DNA from: an uncultured Spirochaetales bacterium
Lineage (GTDB): Bacteria; Spirochaetota; Spirochaetia; SPDA01; CAZSGZ01
Direction: 5' to 3'
Assembly (NCBI GenBank): GCA_964641125.1
Contig: CAZXMO010000003.1
Span: 29,756-93,755 of the forward strand
Length of the DNA stretch: 64,000 bases
The translations under genes were made by a program, and so were the position numbers. Of the stretch, positions 1-8,190 are shown piece by piece (the stretch's first letter is position 1; each line of letters begins with the position of its first letter). The notes below the pieces were generated by a model. It was not told the DNA's origin and did no database searches. It saw only the letters and a program-made list of their open reading frames with translations.

Positions 1-2040
1 GACCCGGGAAGCTACGAGAATTTCCTTGAACCCTTCGATAGGGACGGGGCGGCTGAAGTGAAATCCCTGATACCACAGCTCGGAAAGGGTCTTTAAATAG
101 AAAAACTGCTCCGAGTTCTCTATCCCCTCGGCTATAATCCCGAGGTTGAGGCCGTTGGCCATGGCAACGATTGAATTAACGATGGAGGTATCGTCACGCC
201 TAAGGGGTACGCCGGATATAAAGATCCGGTCGATTTTGATACTGTCAACGGGCAGGGATTTCAGATACTGCAGACTGGAATAACCCGTGCCGAAATCGTC
301 GATGGAGAAGACGACCCCGAGGTCTCTCAAGAATTGGATCTTTTCGGTGACCGCCTCGGCATCCTCTAAAAAGAGGCTCTCGGTTATCTCGATGTGCAGG
401 AGGCGCGGCGGGAGTCCCGTCTTGTCGAGGATACGCTTCACGTCTTTATGGATGTTCTTTTCCCGGAATTGCTTGACCGAGAAGTTTACCGATACAAAGG
501 CCCCCCCCTGACCGTTGAGCATAGCATTCCATTCCCGTGCGTCCGTGCACGCCTGTTCCAGGATCCACTGTCCCACCTTGTTGATGAGACCCGAGTCTTC
601 TAGGACCGATATGAAGTCGTCGGGACCGATAAAAGTCCCTCCCCCTTTTTTCCACCGAAGCAATGCCTCGGCACCGACAATCCGTTCCGCGTCGTTGTAG
701 ATGGGTTGAAAAAACAGAACGAATTCCTTTTTCGAGTAGGCCTTTCTCAACTCGCTGATGAGCTCGACCCGGGCTATGGCCTTTGACTGGATCTCCTGCG
801 AGTAGAACACGTAGGCGTTACGGGTCTTTTTCGCCTCCATAAGGGCGATGTCCGCCCGGCTGGTGATCTGGTTCGCGTCCCTCCCGTCTTTGGGAAAGAT
901 AGCGATGCCGATGCTCATACTCACCGAAATTTCCCTCTCTTTGATCCGGATATCCCGGGAGAAACGTTGGAATATCTTCTCCGCCACGAGAGCGGCGTCG
1001 GTTTCGATCATGATATTCGAGAGAACGACTATAAACTCATCGCTCCCTATCCGGTAGACATAATCACTGTCCCGAACGCAATGAGGAAGGAGCCGGGCTG
1101 TTTCGACCAAGACCTGATCGCCGTAGATATTTCCGAACTGATCGTTTATCTCCTGGAAGAAATCGAGATCGACGTAGAGAATGGCCCGCATAACTTCCTT
1201 TTCCCGCCTGGCTTGCTTCAGGAGCTTTTCGAAGTTCTCCATGTAGGCCTTGCGGTTGAGAAGCCCGGTCAAGGGGTCGACATAGGCGGATTGAGCGAGC
1301 TGCTTATTCGCCTCGGAGAGCTCGGCGGTACGGTTTGCCACCCGATCCTCCAGCCTCGTGGCGAGACGCTCGATCTCCTCCCGTTCGAGCTTTAAAAGGG
1401 AATTCAAGTAGAAGTTCTTACGCTTCGAGTATTCGCTGTAGTATCCCGCGAACATACCCAGCACGTCCGCGGTCAAGAGCATAAAGAGGTTGTTGATGAA
1501 AACAACTTCAGATATGTCAAAAAACAGCGAGTTGAAAGCGGCGTAGAGAATTATAAGGAGGGTCCCGGAGACAGTCGCCCAGATGAATCTGAGCCCGATG
1601 AAAGTGTAGGAAAAGAAAAAAATGAGTGCGAATCCCACGTAGTAGAGCTCGTGCGTTATAACCCCAGCGACGATGAAAATTCCGAAAAGCCCCCCTCCGG
1701 CGATGAAGACGAGGGCGGTAAGAATCTGCTGATAGAATCGATAGAACAGGCGGGTATAAGTTAGCCCGAAGGTAAACGCTATGGCCGGAAGCACCGCACC
1801 GAACCGGATAATCCACACCGGGACGTGCGATCCGGGAAGAAGCAAGTAGTCGAGGATACCGAAGAATCCGTAGAAAAAGAAGGCAAGGAGTAGTGCGCTG
1901 CGGGACTGAGGTAATGTAGCCGATTTATGGGATTCCTGGAAATCCTTTTCGATCTTTCCGGGAAAGGCGAGGGTAAATCGATGGACCGGAATGTCCATCT
2001 TTTGAAAAAAAATGCTTGTTCTGGGTTTCATCTCTCTCAT
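1..2040 (-). CDS. Membrane-anchored GGDEF-EAL (c-di-GMP turnover) signalling protein; 3' end runs off the window
   Basis: Absent from the ORF track because there is no stop in the window. My minus-strand translation from ATG 2040 stays open to nt 1. It has N-terminal hydrophobic helices, a GGDEF domain (RIGSDEF at ~1033-1053) and an EAL domain (EFVLFFQPIY at ~700-726, DDFGTGYSSL, KIDR, AEGIEN, QGFHFSRP). Confidence 0.85.
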   Translation of the reverse strand, partial: MREMKPRTSIFFQKMDIPVHRFTLAFPGKIEKDFQESHKSATLPQSRSALLLAFFFYGFFGILDYLLLPGSHVPVWIIRFGAVLPAIAFTFGLTYTRLFYRFYQQILTALVFIAGGGLFGIFIVAGVITHELYYVGFALIFFFSYTFIGLRFIWATVSGTLLIILYAAFNSLFFDISEVVFINNLFMLLTADVLGMFAGYYSEYSKRKNFYLNSLLKLEREEIERLATRLEDRVANRTAELSEANKQLAQSAYVDPLTGLLNRKAYMENFEKLLKQARREKEVMRAILYVDLDFFQEINDQFGNIYGDQVLVETARLLPHCVRDSDYVYRIGSDEFIVVLSNIMIETDAALVAEKIFQRFSRDIRIKEREISVSMSIGIAIFPKDGRDANQITSRADIALMEAKKTRNAYVFYSQEIQSKAIARVELISELRKAYSKKEFVLFFQPIYNDAERIVGAEALLRWKKGGGTFIGPDDFISVLEDSGLINKVGQWILEQACTDAREWNAMLNGQGGAFVSVNFSVKQFREKNIHKDVKRILDKTGLPPRLLHIEITESLFLEDAEAVTEKIQFLRDLGVVFSIDDFGTGYSSLQYLKSLPVDSIKIDRIFISGVPLRRDDTSIVNSIVAMANGLNLGIIAEGIENSEQFFYLKTLSELWYQGFHFSRPVPIEGFKEILVASRV

Positions 2041-2085
2041 ATAATTAAACCGTGAGTCACACCTGATATAAGTTTAACCCACCTA

Positions 2086-2114
2086 AAGACAATAATCAAG
2101 GTATTTTATATAAT
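2086..2114 (+). promoter_or_regulatory. Candidate sigma70-type promoter (AAGACA-N17-TATAAT) in the AT-rich divergent intergenic region
   Basis: A perfect -10 TATAAT lies at 2109-2114 and a 4/6 -35 lies 17 nt upstream. This is the only AT-rich gap in this part of the window. Pattern match only. Confidence 0.3.
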
Positions 2115-2177
2115 ACATATTTTAAAGATTTTTTGTAGGTACTTAACATTTATTTTCCCTCGGGATAGAGTACCCGC

Positions 2178-3812
2178 ATGGCTGAAATCTACGTTACGGG
2201 ACACAAAAACCCCGATATGGACTCCACGTGTTCCTCCTTCTGTTACACTCACCTGAAAAATATTCTCGACTCCGGGAACACCTATACCGCCGTCCGGTGC
2301 GGCAACCTCAATAAGCAGACGAAATCGGTTTTCAAGAGGCTCGACCTCGAACCGCCCGAGCTCAAGAAAGACGTCTATCCCCGGGTGATCGATGTAGCAT
2401 GGCGAAACCTCCTCCGTTTAGATATCGAGTCCCCGGTCCTCGCGGCGGTCCGGGGCATAGATGAGCGGAACTTGAGCGTAATACCGGTCTTTTCTGGAGA
2501 AGACTTCAGGGGGATCGTAAGCGTCCACGAGATAACGCGGTTCTTCATTCAGGAAAATACCGGGATCAGGCCCGTTCATAACTTTTTGATCGATAACTTC
2601 GGCGAGGTCCTTCCTGGCTACTTTCTCAAGAAGGGCGACCACCGCGAGTTCGAGGCTCCCATCATGACCGGTGCAATGCCTTACACGGTTTCCATCGAAA
2701 GGCTCAGCCGGCTGAGTCCTCTCAAACCGGTTTTGATCGTGGGATTGAGAAAAGATATCGTGATGCACGCCGTCGAACGCCGGCTCCCCGCTTTGATCCT
2801 GACCGGGGTCGAGAACGGCGATATGGAAGGAATCGATTTTTCCGATTATCCGGGCCACGTCTTTATTTCCGAGATCGATACCGCGGAAACAATTCGTCTG
2901 CTTCGGTTGAGCATTCCGGTCAAGCATATCATGGAAATCCGTCCGAAACGGGTCGAGAGCTCGGATCATTTCGACGAGGCGAAGGCGGTTCTTCTCGACT
3001 CGATGGTGAGAGGTCTCCCCGTCTTCGACGGCGACCGCTTCGAAGGGGTTGTTACCCGGCGGTGCTTCATCGAAAAGCCTAAGCGGAAAATCATACTCAT
3101 GGACCACAACGAGCTCGAGCAAAGCATCCCCGGATCAGAGCAGGCCGAAATCGTTGAGATAATCGACCATCACAGACTGTCCGCTGAAAAGACCTTCGAG
3201 CCCATCTACTTTTACTCCAAGCCGGTGGGAAGTACGTGTACTATCGTCTTTCAGCATTTCGTTCATAACGGCGTAAAGATCGGTCCGCGGCACGCCACCC
3301 TTCTCTTAGCCGGTATCCTTTCCGATACGGTCATGCTCAAATCCCCCACGACTACCGGCGAGGATCGATCTGCTCTCGGGAAACTCGAAGAAATCGCGGG
3401 AATCGACGCCATGAAGTTCGGTGAAGAGATGTTCTCTCAGACCGTCATCCTGCGAACGGCCCAGCCCAAAAAGCTCATTACCGCCGACTTCAAGTCTTAC
3501 TCCGAATACGGATACGATGTCGGTATCGGTCAGGTTGAGGTAGTAACCCTCGAAGACGTGGACGAGATCAAGACGAAATATAGGAAGGCCCTCGAAGGGG
3601 TCAGGAAGGAAATGGGGCTCGATTGGGTCATGCTGCTGATCACTAATGTTCTCAAAGAAAACAGCATGCTTTTGTCCACCGACTTTCCCGGGGCAGAAAA
3701 CTCACTCGTCTACAAGAAACACTCTCCCCACTTCTACCGGCTTCCCGGGGTCCTCTCTCGGAAGAAACAGCTCCTTCCTGAAATCTTACGTGTTCTCGAA
3801 GAGCTCTCCTAG
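2178..3812 (+). CDS. CBS/DRTGG-domain family II (DHH/DHHA2) inorganic pyrophosphatase
   Basis: N-terminal GHKNPDMDS (DHH motif I), later LMDHNE and IIDHHRL (DHH motif), an internal CBS-pair/DRTGG-like insert and a C-terminal DHHA2-like region. 544 aa, typical of CBS-PPases. Confidence 0.8.
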   Translation: MAEIYVTGHKNPDMDSTCSSFCYTHLKNILDSGNTYTAVRCGNLNKQTKSVFKRLDLEPPELKKDVYPRVIDVAWRNLLRLDIESPVLAAVRGIDERNLSVIPVFSGEDFRGIVSVHEITRFFIQENTGIRPVHNFLIDNFGEVLPGYFLKKGDHREFEAPIMTGAMPYTVSIERLSRLSPLKPVLIVGLRKDIVMHAVERRLPALILTGVENGDMEGIDFSDYPGHVFISEIDTAETIRLLRLSIPVKHIMEIRPKRVESSDHFDEAKAVLLDSMVRGLPVFDGDRFEGVVTRRCFIEKPKRKIILMDHNELEQSIPGSEQAEIVEIIDHHRLSAEKTFEPIYFYSKPVGSTCTIVFQHFVHNGVKIGPRHATLLLAGILSDTVMLKSPTTTGEDRSALGKLEEIAGIDAMKFGEEMFSQTVILRTAQPKKLITADFKSYSEYGYDVGIGQVEVVTLEDVDEIKTKYRKALEGVRKEMGLDWVMLLITNVLKENSMLLSTDFPGAENSLVYKKHSPHFYRLPGVLSRKKQLLPEILRVLEELS

Positions 3813-3822
3813 ATGATAGGAT

Positions 3823-4590
3823 CTACAGGATTCCCGGTACCACCGCCTTCCTGTCCCCGGGGTAATCTTCAAAGGTTTCCCTGTACCATTTATGATGGGA
3901 TACAGCCCGGGGGAGGAGGTTGAAGATAGTCCACAGAGCGAAGACCAGGCCGGGCAGGGACCAGGTGAGAACGGCCCAGCCGATCCATTCGACCATCTCT
4001 CCAAAGTAGTTCGGCGCGGATATCCAACGGAAGAACCACCCTCTCGGGACCTTATATTCCATCTCCCCCGGATTTCTGAGGTTCCGGAGGATGTAATCAC
4101 TCCGAACGTGTATTACGAATCCCGTAAAAAATAGGGCGCATCCGATTATAAACTGGGGTGTGGTCAGCCATGAAAGGGAGTATTTTTCAGCCCCTGGAGA
4201 GAAGATGTAGAGGTATCCCCCCTGAAGATATGAGTTGAATCCGTTGAAAAGAACGGCAAAGAGCACCACCGACAGCGGCATATTGTTCCGGCTCGGCATA
4301 AGGCTCGAGAAGATGAAGCTCCGATAGATGTAGTGGAAGAGCCACAAACCCAGAAAGACATAGGGCGGCGCTCCCGATTTCCAGCTTCCTAAGACAAAGA
4401 GGAGCACGAATCCGATGGGGGAAACCGCCTCCATGACCGTCCATCCAACCCGGTTGTTTATCTCCGGGCCCCATCCTCCCCGGGAATACCGTCCATACGG
4501 AGCGGTGATGAAAAAGAGGGCGACAAAGATTACGGCCCCGATAAAAAGGAAGCCGAACTGGATAATTGAATAGAAAGTCCTAGGGTTCAT
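3823..4590 (-). CDS. Polytopic membrane protein, steroid 5-alpha-reductase / DUF1295 family
   Basis: 255 aa with multiple TM helices. The C-terminal NYFGEMVEWIGWA motif is typical of 3-oxo-5-alpha-steroid 4-dehydrogenase-like proteins. Confidence 0.7.
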   Translation of the reverse strand: MNPRTFYSIIQFGFLFIGAVIFVALFFITAPYGRYSRGGWGPEINNRVGWTVMEAVSPIGFVLLFVLGSWKSGAPPYVFLGLWLFHYIYRSFIFSSLMPSRNNMPLSVVLFAVLFNGFNSYLQGGYLYIFSPGAEKYSLSWLTTPQFIIGCALFFTGFVIHVRSDYILRNLRNPGEMEYKVPRGWFFRWISAPNYFGEMVEWIGWAVLTWSLPGLVFALWTIFNLLPRAVSHHKWYRETFEDYPGDRKAVVPGIL

Positions 4591-4620
4591 GTATCTTGTA
4601 TACGGAAAAAGTGGGGGTTT

Positions 4621-4656
4621 GTACAGACAGTACAGACAGTACAGACGGTGCAGACG
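4621..4656. repeat. Four tandem 9-bp repeats (GTACAGACA x2, GTACAGACG, GTGCAGACG)
   Basis: Read directly from the sequence. The repeats sit 8 nt upstream of the -35 box of the selenium operon promoter. Confidence 0.9.
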
Positions 4657-4663
4657 GGAATCG

Positions 4664-4692
4664 TTGACACGCCTCCTACTCCAATCTAAACT
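4664..4692 (+). promoter_or_regulatory. Candidate sigma70 promoter TTGACA-N17-TAAACT for the DUF3343-yedF-selD operon (near-leaderless)
   Basis: Perfect -35 at 4664-4669, exact 17-nt spacer, -10 at 4687-4692. The ATG at 4702 is only 9 nt after the -10 and has no Shine-Dalgarno sequence. Confidence 0.5.
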
Positions 4693-4701
4693 TGCACCGG
4701 A

Positions 4702-4929
4702 ATGAAGACACTCTACAGCCTCATATTCGTTCCGAGCATCTCACACGCCCTCGCCTGCGAGAAAATTCTCGAGCGAACGGGCGTATCCCAAAAGCTTATT
4801 CCCGTACCGAGGCGGTACAGCTCCGACTGCGGGGTGTGTATACGGATCTCCGCCGCGGACCGCGCACGCACCGAAGCGGTCCTGTCGGAAACCGGTACGG
4901 TATATGACCGAATCATTGAGGATGCTTAA
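4702..4929 (+). CDS. DUF3343-family small protein (putative Se/S carrier-like)
   Basis: 75 aa with the size and pattern of DUF3343 (…IPVPR…SSDCG…). It lies immediately upstream of yedF and selD, which is the usual context for this family. Confidence 0.65.
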   Translation: MKTLYSLIFVPSISHALACEKILERTGVSQKLIPVPRRYSSDCGVCIRISAADRARTEAVLSETGTVYDRIIEDA

Positions 4930-4938
4930 GGAGATTTT

Positions 4939-5562
4939 ATGTCGGGAAAAACCATCGATGCGAGGGGGCAAGCCTGTCCTCAACCCGTTATTTTGACGAA
5001 AAAAGCATTGAAAGAACCGGACTTCGATGTGATTACCGTCATCGTGGATAACGATACCGCTTTGAAAAACGTGACCCTCCTCGCGGCGAAGCGGGGCGCA
5101 ATGTATACCTCGGAATCCCGGGAAGACGGTCATTACATAACCCTCTCCCGTACTCCCTCGCCCGGTGCCACCGGAGGACCGGAGCCCGCGGGGGAACACT
5201 TTCCGGGACACGATCGGATAGAAAGCCCCTCGTCGGTCCTTGTCGTGAACTCGGCCGTTATGGGCCGGGGCGACGACGAGCTCGGAGGGCTCCTCCTCCG
5301 CGGATTTTTTCACGCCCTCGGCGAAGCGGATACCAAGCCGGGTACGATTATCTTCTACAACTCCGGGGTCCGGCTCACTGCCGAAGGCTCCCCGGTACTC
5401 GACGACCTCGCCGAGCTCGAGAAGTACGGCGTAACTCTCCTCGCCTGCGGAACCTGCCTCGAGTACTTCGGGCTCAAAGACAACCGCACCGTCGGGAGTG
5501 TTACCAACATGTATACTATTACCGAAACGCTTCTCGAAGCGGAAAGGGTAATTAATCTTTAG
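4939..5562 (+). CDS. yedF: Selenium metabolism protein YedF (TusA/SirA-like N-domain + DsrE-like C-domain)
   Basis: N-terminal DARGQACPQPV (CPxP motif of TusA/SirA), a C-terminal DsrE-like half ending in LLACGTCLEYFG, and adjacency to selD. Confidence 0.8.
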   Translation: MSGKTIDARGQACPQPVILTKKALKEPDFDVITVIVDNDTALKNVTLLAAKRGAMYTSESREDGHYITLSRTPSPGATGGPEPAGEHFPGHDRIESPSSVLVVNSAVMGRGDDELGGLLLRGFFHALGEADTKPGTIIFYNSGVRLTAEGSPVLDDLAELEKYGVTLLACGTCLEYFGLKDNRTVGSVTNMYTITETLLEAERVINL

Positions 5563-5633
5563 GATTTCTTCCGGTATGATAGAACGCGAGTTAAAAAGCC
5601 GAAAGGCCCACAGATGAAAAAAAGGAGGTACCC

Positions 5634-6689
5634 GTGGCGTGTGACGAATTCCGTCTGACCGCACTTACCGGTTCGGCCGGATGAGCGGCTAAGAGGGCCC
5701 CAGGGGCCCTGTCGCAGGTACTGCGGCACATAGACGGACTCTTTCCAACAGACAAGTTCCCCGATCTCCTAGTCGGCCTCGAGGTAAGCGACGACGCCGC
5801 GGTGTATCGAATAGATGCCGATAAGGCGGTAATTCTTACGGTGGATTTCATTACTCCCGTGGTGGACGATCCGTATGAGTACGGCGCCGTGGCCGCGGCG
5901 AACTCACTGAGCGATGTCTATGCCATGGGGGGCGATCCGGCGGTCGCCCTCAATGTATGCTGTTTTCCTCCCTCTCTCCCGGCGGAGATCCCGGCGGAAA
6001 TCCTTCGCGGCGGGGCGGAGACCGTTCTCTCCGCCGGTGCGGTTATCGCGGGGGGCCACACCGTCGACGACGACGAGCCGAAGTACGGGCTGTGCGTCAT
6101 GGGTTTAGTCCATCCCGAATCTATTATGACAAAGGCCGCCTTTCGACCCGGAGACATCCTTGTCCTGACAAAACCGTTAGGTACGGGGATGATTACCACC
6201 GCCGCGAAGGGGGATGCGGCCGATCCCGAGCACATAGCTTCGGCCCTCGAGACAATGAAACGGCTCAATGGAGACGCATCGAAAATATTCGGCGAGATCG
6301 GTATCCGGGGATGCACCGACGTAACCGGTTTCGGTCTCCTCGGACACGCCGTCGAGGCGGCCGAGAAGAGCGGAGTGACCCTCGAAATCGACATGAACAG
6401 GCTCGACTTTCTTCCCGGAGCACTCGATTATGCCGAAGAGTGCCTGTTTCCGGGGGGATCGCAAAACAATCTGGACTGTTATACACGGGCGGTCCGATTC
6501 GACGAAAGTCTCGACGAGACCTCACAACTGCTCTTAGCGACCCCGGAGACCTCCGGGGGGCTTCTCGCCGCGGTGTCCCCGGGGGCGCTCGCATCATGCC
6601 TCGAAAGGCTCGGTGCATCGGGAATACCCTTTTCGACGATCGGCCGGGTAATCGAAAAACAGTCCGAATCGGTTGCCGTCAAGGCGTGA
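5634..6689 (+). CDS. selD: Selenophosphate synthetase SelD, selenocysteine-containing (UGA at 5682-5684)
   Basis: The ORF track only gives 5802..6689. Extending upstream in frame gives GTG 5634 preceded by AAAGGAGG. The translation reads [61 protein letters not shown]…, which aligns with the SelD N-terminus (Cys/Sec-x-x-Lys). Confidence 0.9.
5682..5710 (+). promoter_or_regulatory. Sec UGA plus candidate SECIS hairpin of selD
   Basis: AGGGCC (5694-5699) pairs with GGCCCT (5705-5710) around a 3-5 nt loop, starting 9 nt after the UGA. Folded by hand only. Confidence 0.5.
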
Positions 6690-6737
6690 TGACGTTCGCG
6701 GTTTGACAATGACGCCCGGATACGGCACTATATTCGA

Positions 6738-6824
6738 GGAAGCAGATGGGGTCTGGTGGCCCCCGCGGTCTTCAAAACCGTCGGCTGCATGACGCAGCGG
6801 GAGGTTCGATTCCTCCCTCTTCCG
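6738..6824 (+). tRNA. selC: tRNA-Sec (anticodon UCA)
   Basis: GGAAGCAG-AT-GGGGTC-TGGT-GGCCCC-C-GCGGT-CTTCAAA-ACCGT, then a long variable arm (GCTGC-ATGAC-GCAGC), then GGAGG-TTCGATT-CCTCC-CTCTTCC-G. Features: 6-bp D stem with 4-nt loop, UCA anticodon, long extra arm. The layout parallels E. coli selC. The acceptor stem needs one bulged or mismatched C (6743). CCA is not encoded. Confidence 0.85.
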
Positions 6825-6828
6825 ATAT

Positions 6829-8190
6829 ATGCACGACAACCCCCTTGCCTCGCTGCCGCAGATCGAAACTCTTCTCTCCCTATCCGAAATAGCCGGTTTC
6901 GAGGAACGGATCGGAAGGCCCCTCGTCAAGCAGGCCGCCCGAACGGCGGTAGACCGGTTCCGTGCGAAACTCCGCGGTGGAAAGGTCGACGGTGCGGCAG
7001 TACCCGCCCTCGACGAGGTTGCGGAGACGGTGGCGGAGGAATGCCGCAGAATAGAGCGGAAAAAGATCCGCCGGGTCATAAACGGCACCGGAGTCGTCCT
7101 CCATACCAATCTCGGCAGGTCTCCCCTGTCCCGCGATGTGTGGAAGGCCGCCGAAGCGGTCAACTGCGGCTACTCGAGCCTGGAGCTCGATATGACGTCG
7201 GGAAAACGGGGCGGCCGCACCGGTCTTATCCCGGAGCTCCTTGCCTCCTACCTCGGCTGCGAGAACGCCCTGGTGGTCAATAACAATGCAGCCGCGGTCT
7301 ATCTGATCCTGTCGGAGTACGGACGGGGCAGAGACGTTTTGGTGAGCCGGGGTGAGCAGATCCAGATCGGGGGCGGCTTTCGGATCCCGGAAATTCTCGA
7401 GCAGACCGGATCGAGACTCGTAGAGGTGGGGACAACGAATATAACCGGCATCGAGGATTTTCTCACCGCGGTAACTCCGGATACGGGATTGTGTCTGAGG
7501 GTCCACACCTCCAATTACGCCGTCCGCGGATTCACCCGCACCCCGGGAATACGGGAGCTCAAGTCCGCTCTCCCCGCCCATGTCCCTCTTATCATGGACC
7601 AAGGCTCGGGAGCGATGAAAGAAAACATCCCGGGAGAGACCGGAGTCGGGGAATACCTGAAGATGGGGGCCGATCTGGTCTGCTTTTCCGCGGATAAGCT
7701 CTTCGGAGGGGTCCAGGCGGGGTTCATCGTGGGTAAAGACGATATGATACGAAGGCTCTCCTCCCATCCGCTGATGAGGGTCTTCCGGCCGGGAAAGACC
7801 ATATACTCCCTCCTCGAAGAGCATCTGATCCGCGCCATCAACGGAGAACAATCCCTCCCCGCCGATTCGATTCGAGAAGATAACGACCGCGCCAAGAGAA
7901 CCGCGCGTAAAGTTCTCAAGGATATACCCTCCTCGCGCGCGCGAATAATGTCCGCCGATTTTTCCTTGGGCGGGGGGAGCTCTCCGGACGAGTATTTTCC
8001 TACCGCGGCAATCGAAATAATCTCCGACGATCCGCCTGAGTCGATACTCAAAAAGATGCGCGCCTGGAATCCCCCCATCATAGGTGTTATCCAGGACAAC
8101 AGGGTCCGTATATTCCCGGTAACCCTCTTCCCAGAGGACATCCCGCCGGTACGGGGTTTCCTCGAGCATCTGACGGGAGATGAATCCTGA
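6829..8190 (+). CDS. selA: L-seryl-tRNA(Sec) selenium transferase SelA
   Basis: N-terminal LPQIETLL (cf. LPAIDRLL in E. coli) and PLP-lysine context FSADKLFGGVQAG. 453 aa, located between selC and selB. Confidence 0.9.
   Translation: MHDNPLASLPQIETLLSLSEIAGFEERIGRPLVKQAARTAVDRFRAKLRGGKVDGAAVPALDEVAETVAEECRRIERKKIRRVINGTGVVLHTNLGRSPLSRDVWKAAEAVNCGYSSLELDMTSGKRGGRTGLIPELLASYLGCENALVVNNNAAAVYLILSEYGRGRDVLVSRGEQIQIGGGFRIPEILEQTGSRLVEVGTTNITGIEDFLTAVTPDTGLCLRVHTSNYAVRGFTRTPGIRELKSALPAHVPLIMDQGSGAMKENIPGETGVGEYLKMGADLVCFSADKLFGGVQAGFIVGKDDMIRRLSSHPLMRVFRPGKTIYSLLEEHLIRAINGEQSLPADSIREDNDRAKRTARKVLKDIPSSRARIMSADFSLGGGSSPDEYFPTAAIEIISDDPPESILKKMRAWNPPIIGVIQDNRVRIFPVTLFPEDIPPVRGFLEHLTGDES

Noticed and set aside
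4621-4656. Tandem repeats considered as a CRISPR array or minisatellite mobile-element remnant.
   Set aside because: The units are only 9 bp with no spacers, there are four copies, and no cas or transposase genes are nearby. The region is better explained as a regulatory direct-repeat element.
6738-6824. Possibility that the tRNA-Sec is a pseudogene because of the C6743 bulge or mismatch in the acceptor stem and the missing CCA.
   Set aside because: All other Sec-specific features are intact: the 6-bp D stem with a 4-nt loop, the UCA anticodon loop CTTCAAA, the long paired variable arm and the TTCGATT T-loop. Three UGA-containing genes plus selA, selB and selD are present, so a functional selC is required. 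The caveat is kept in the feature evidence.
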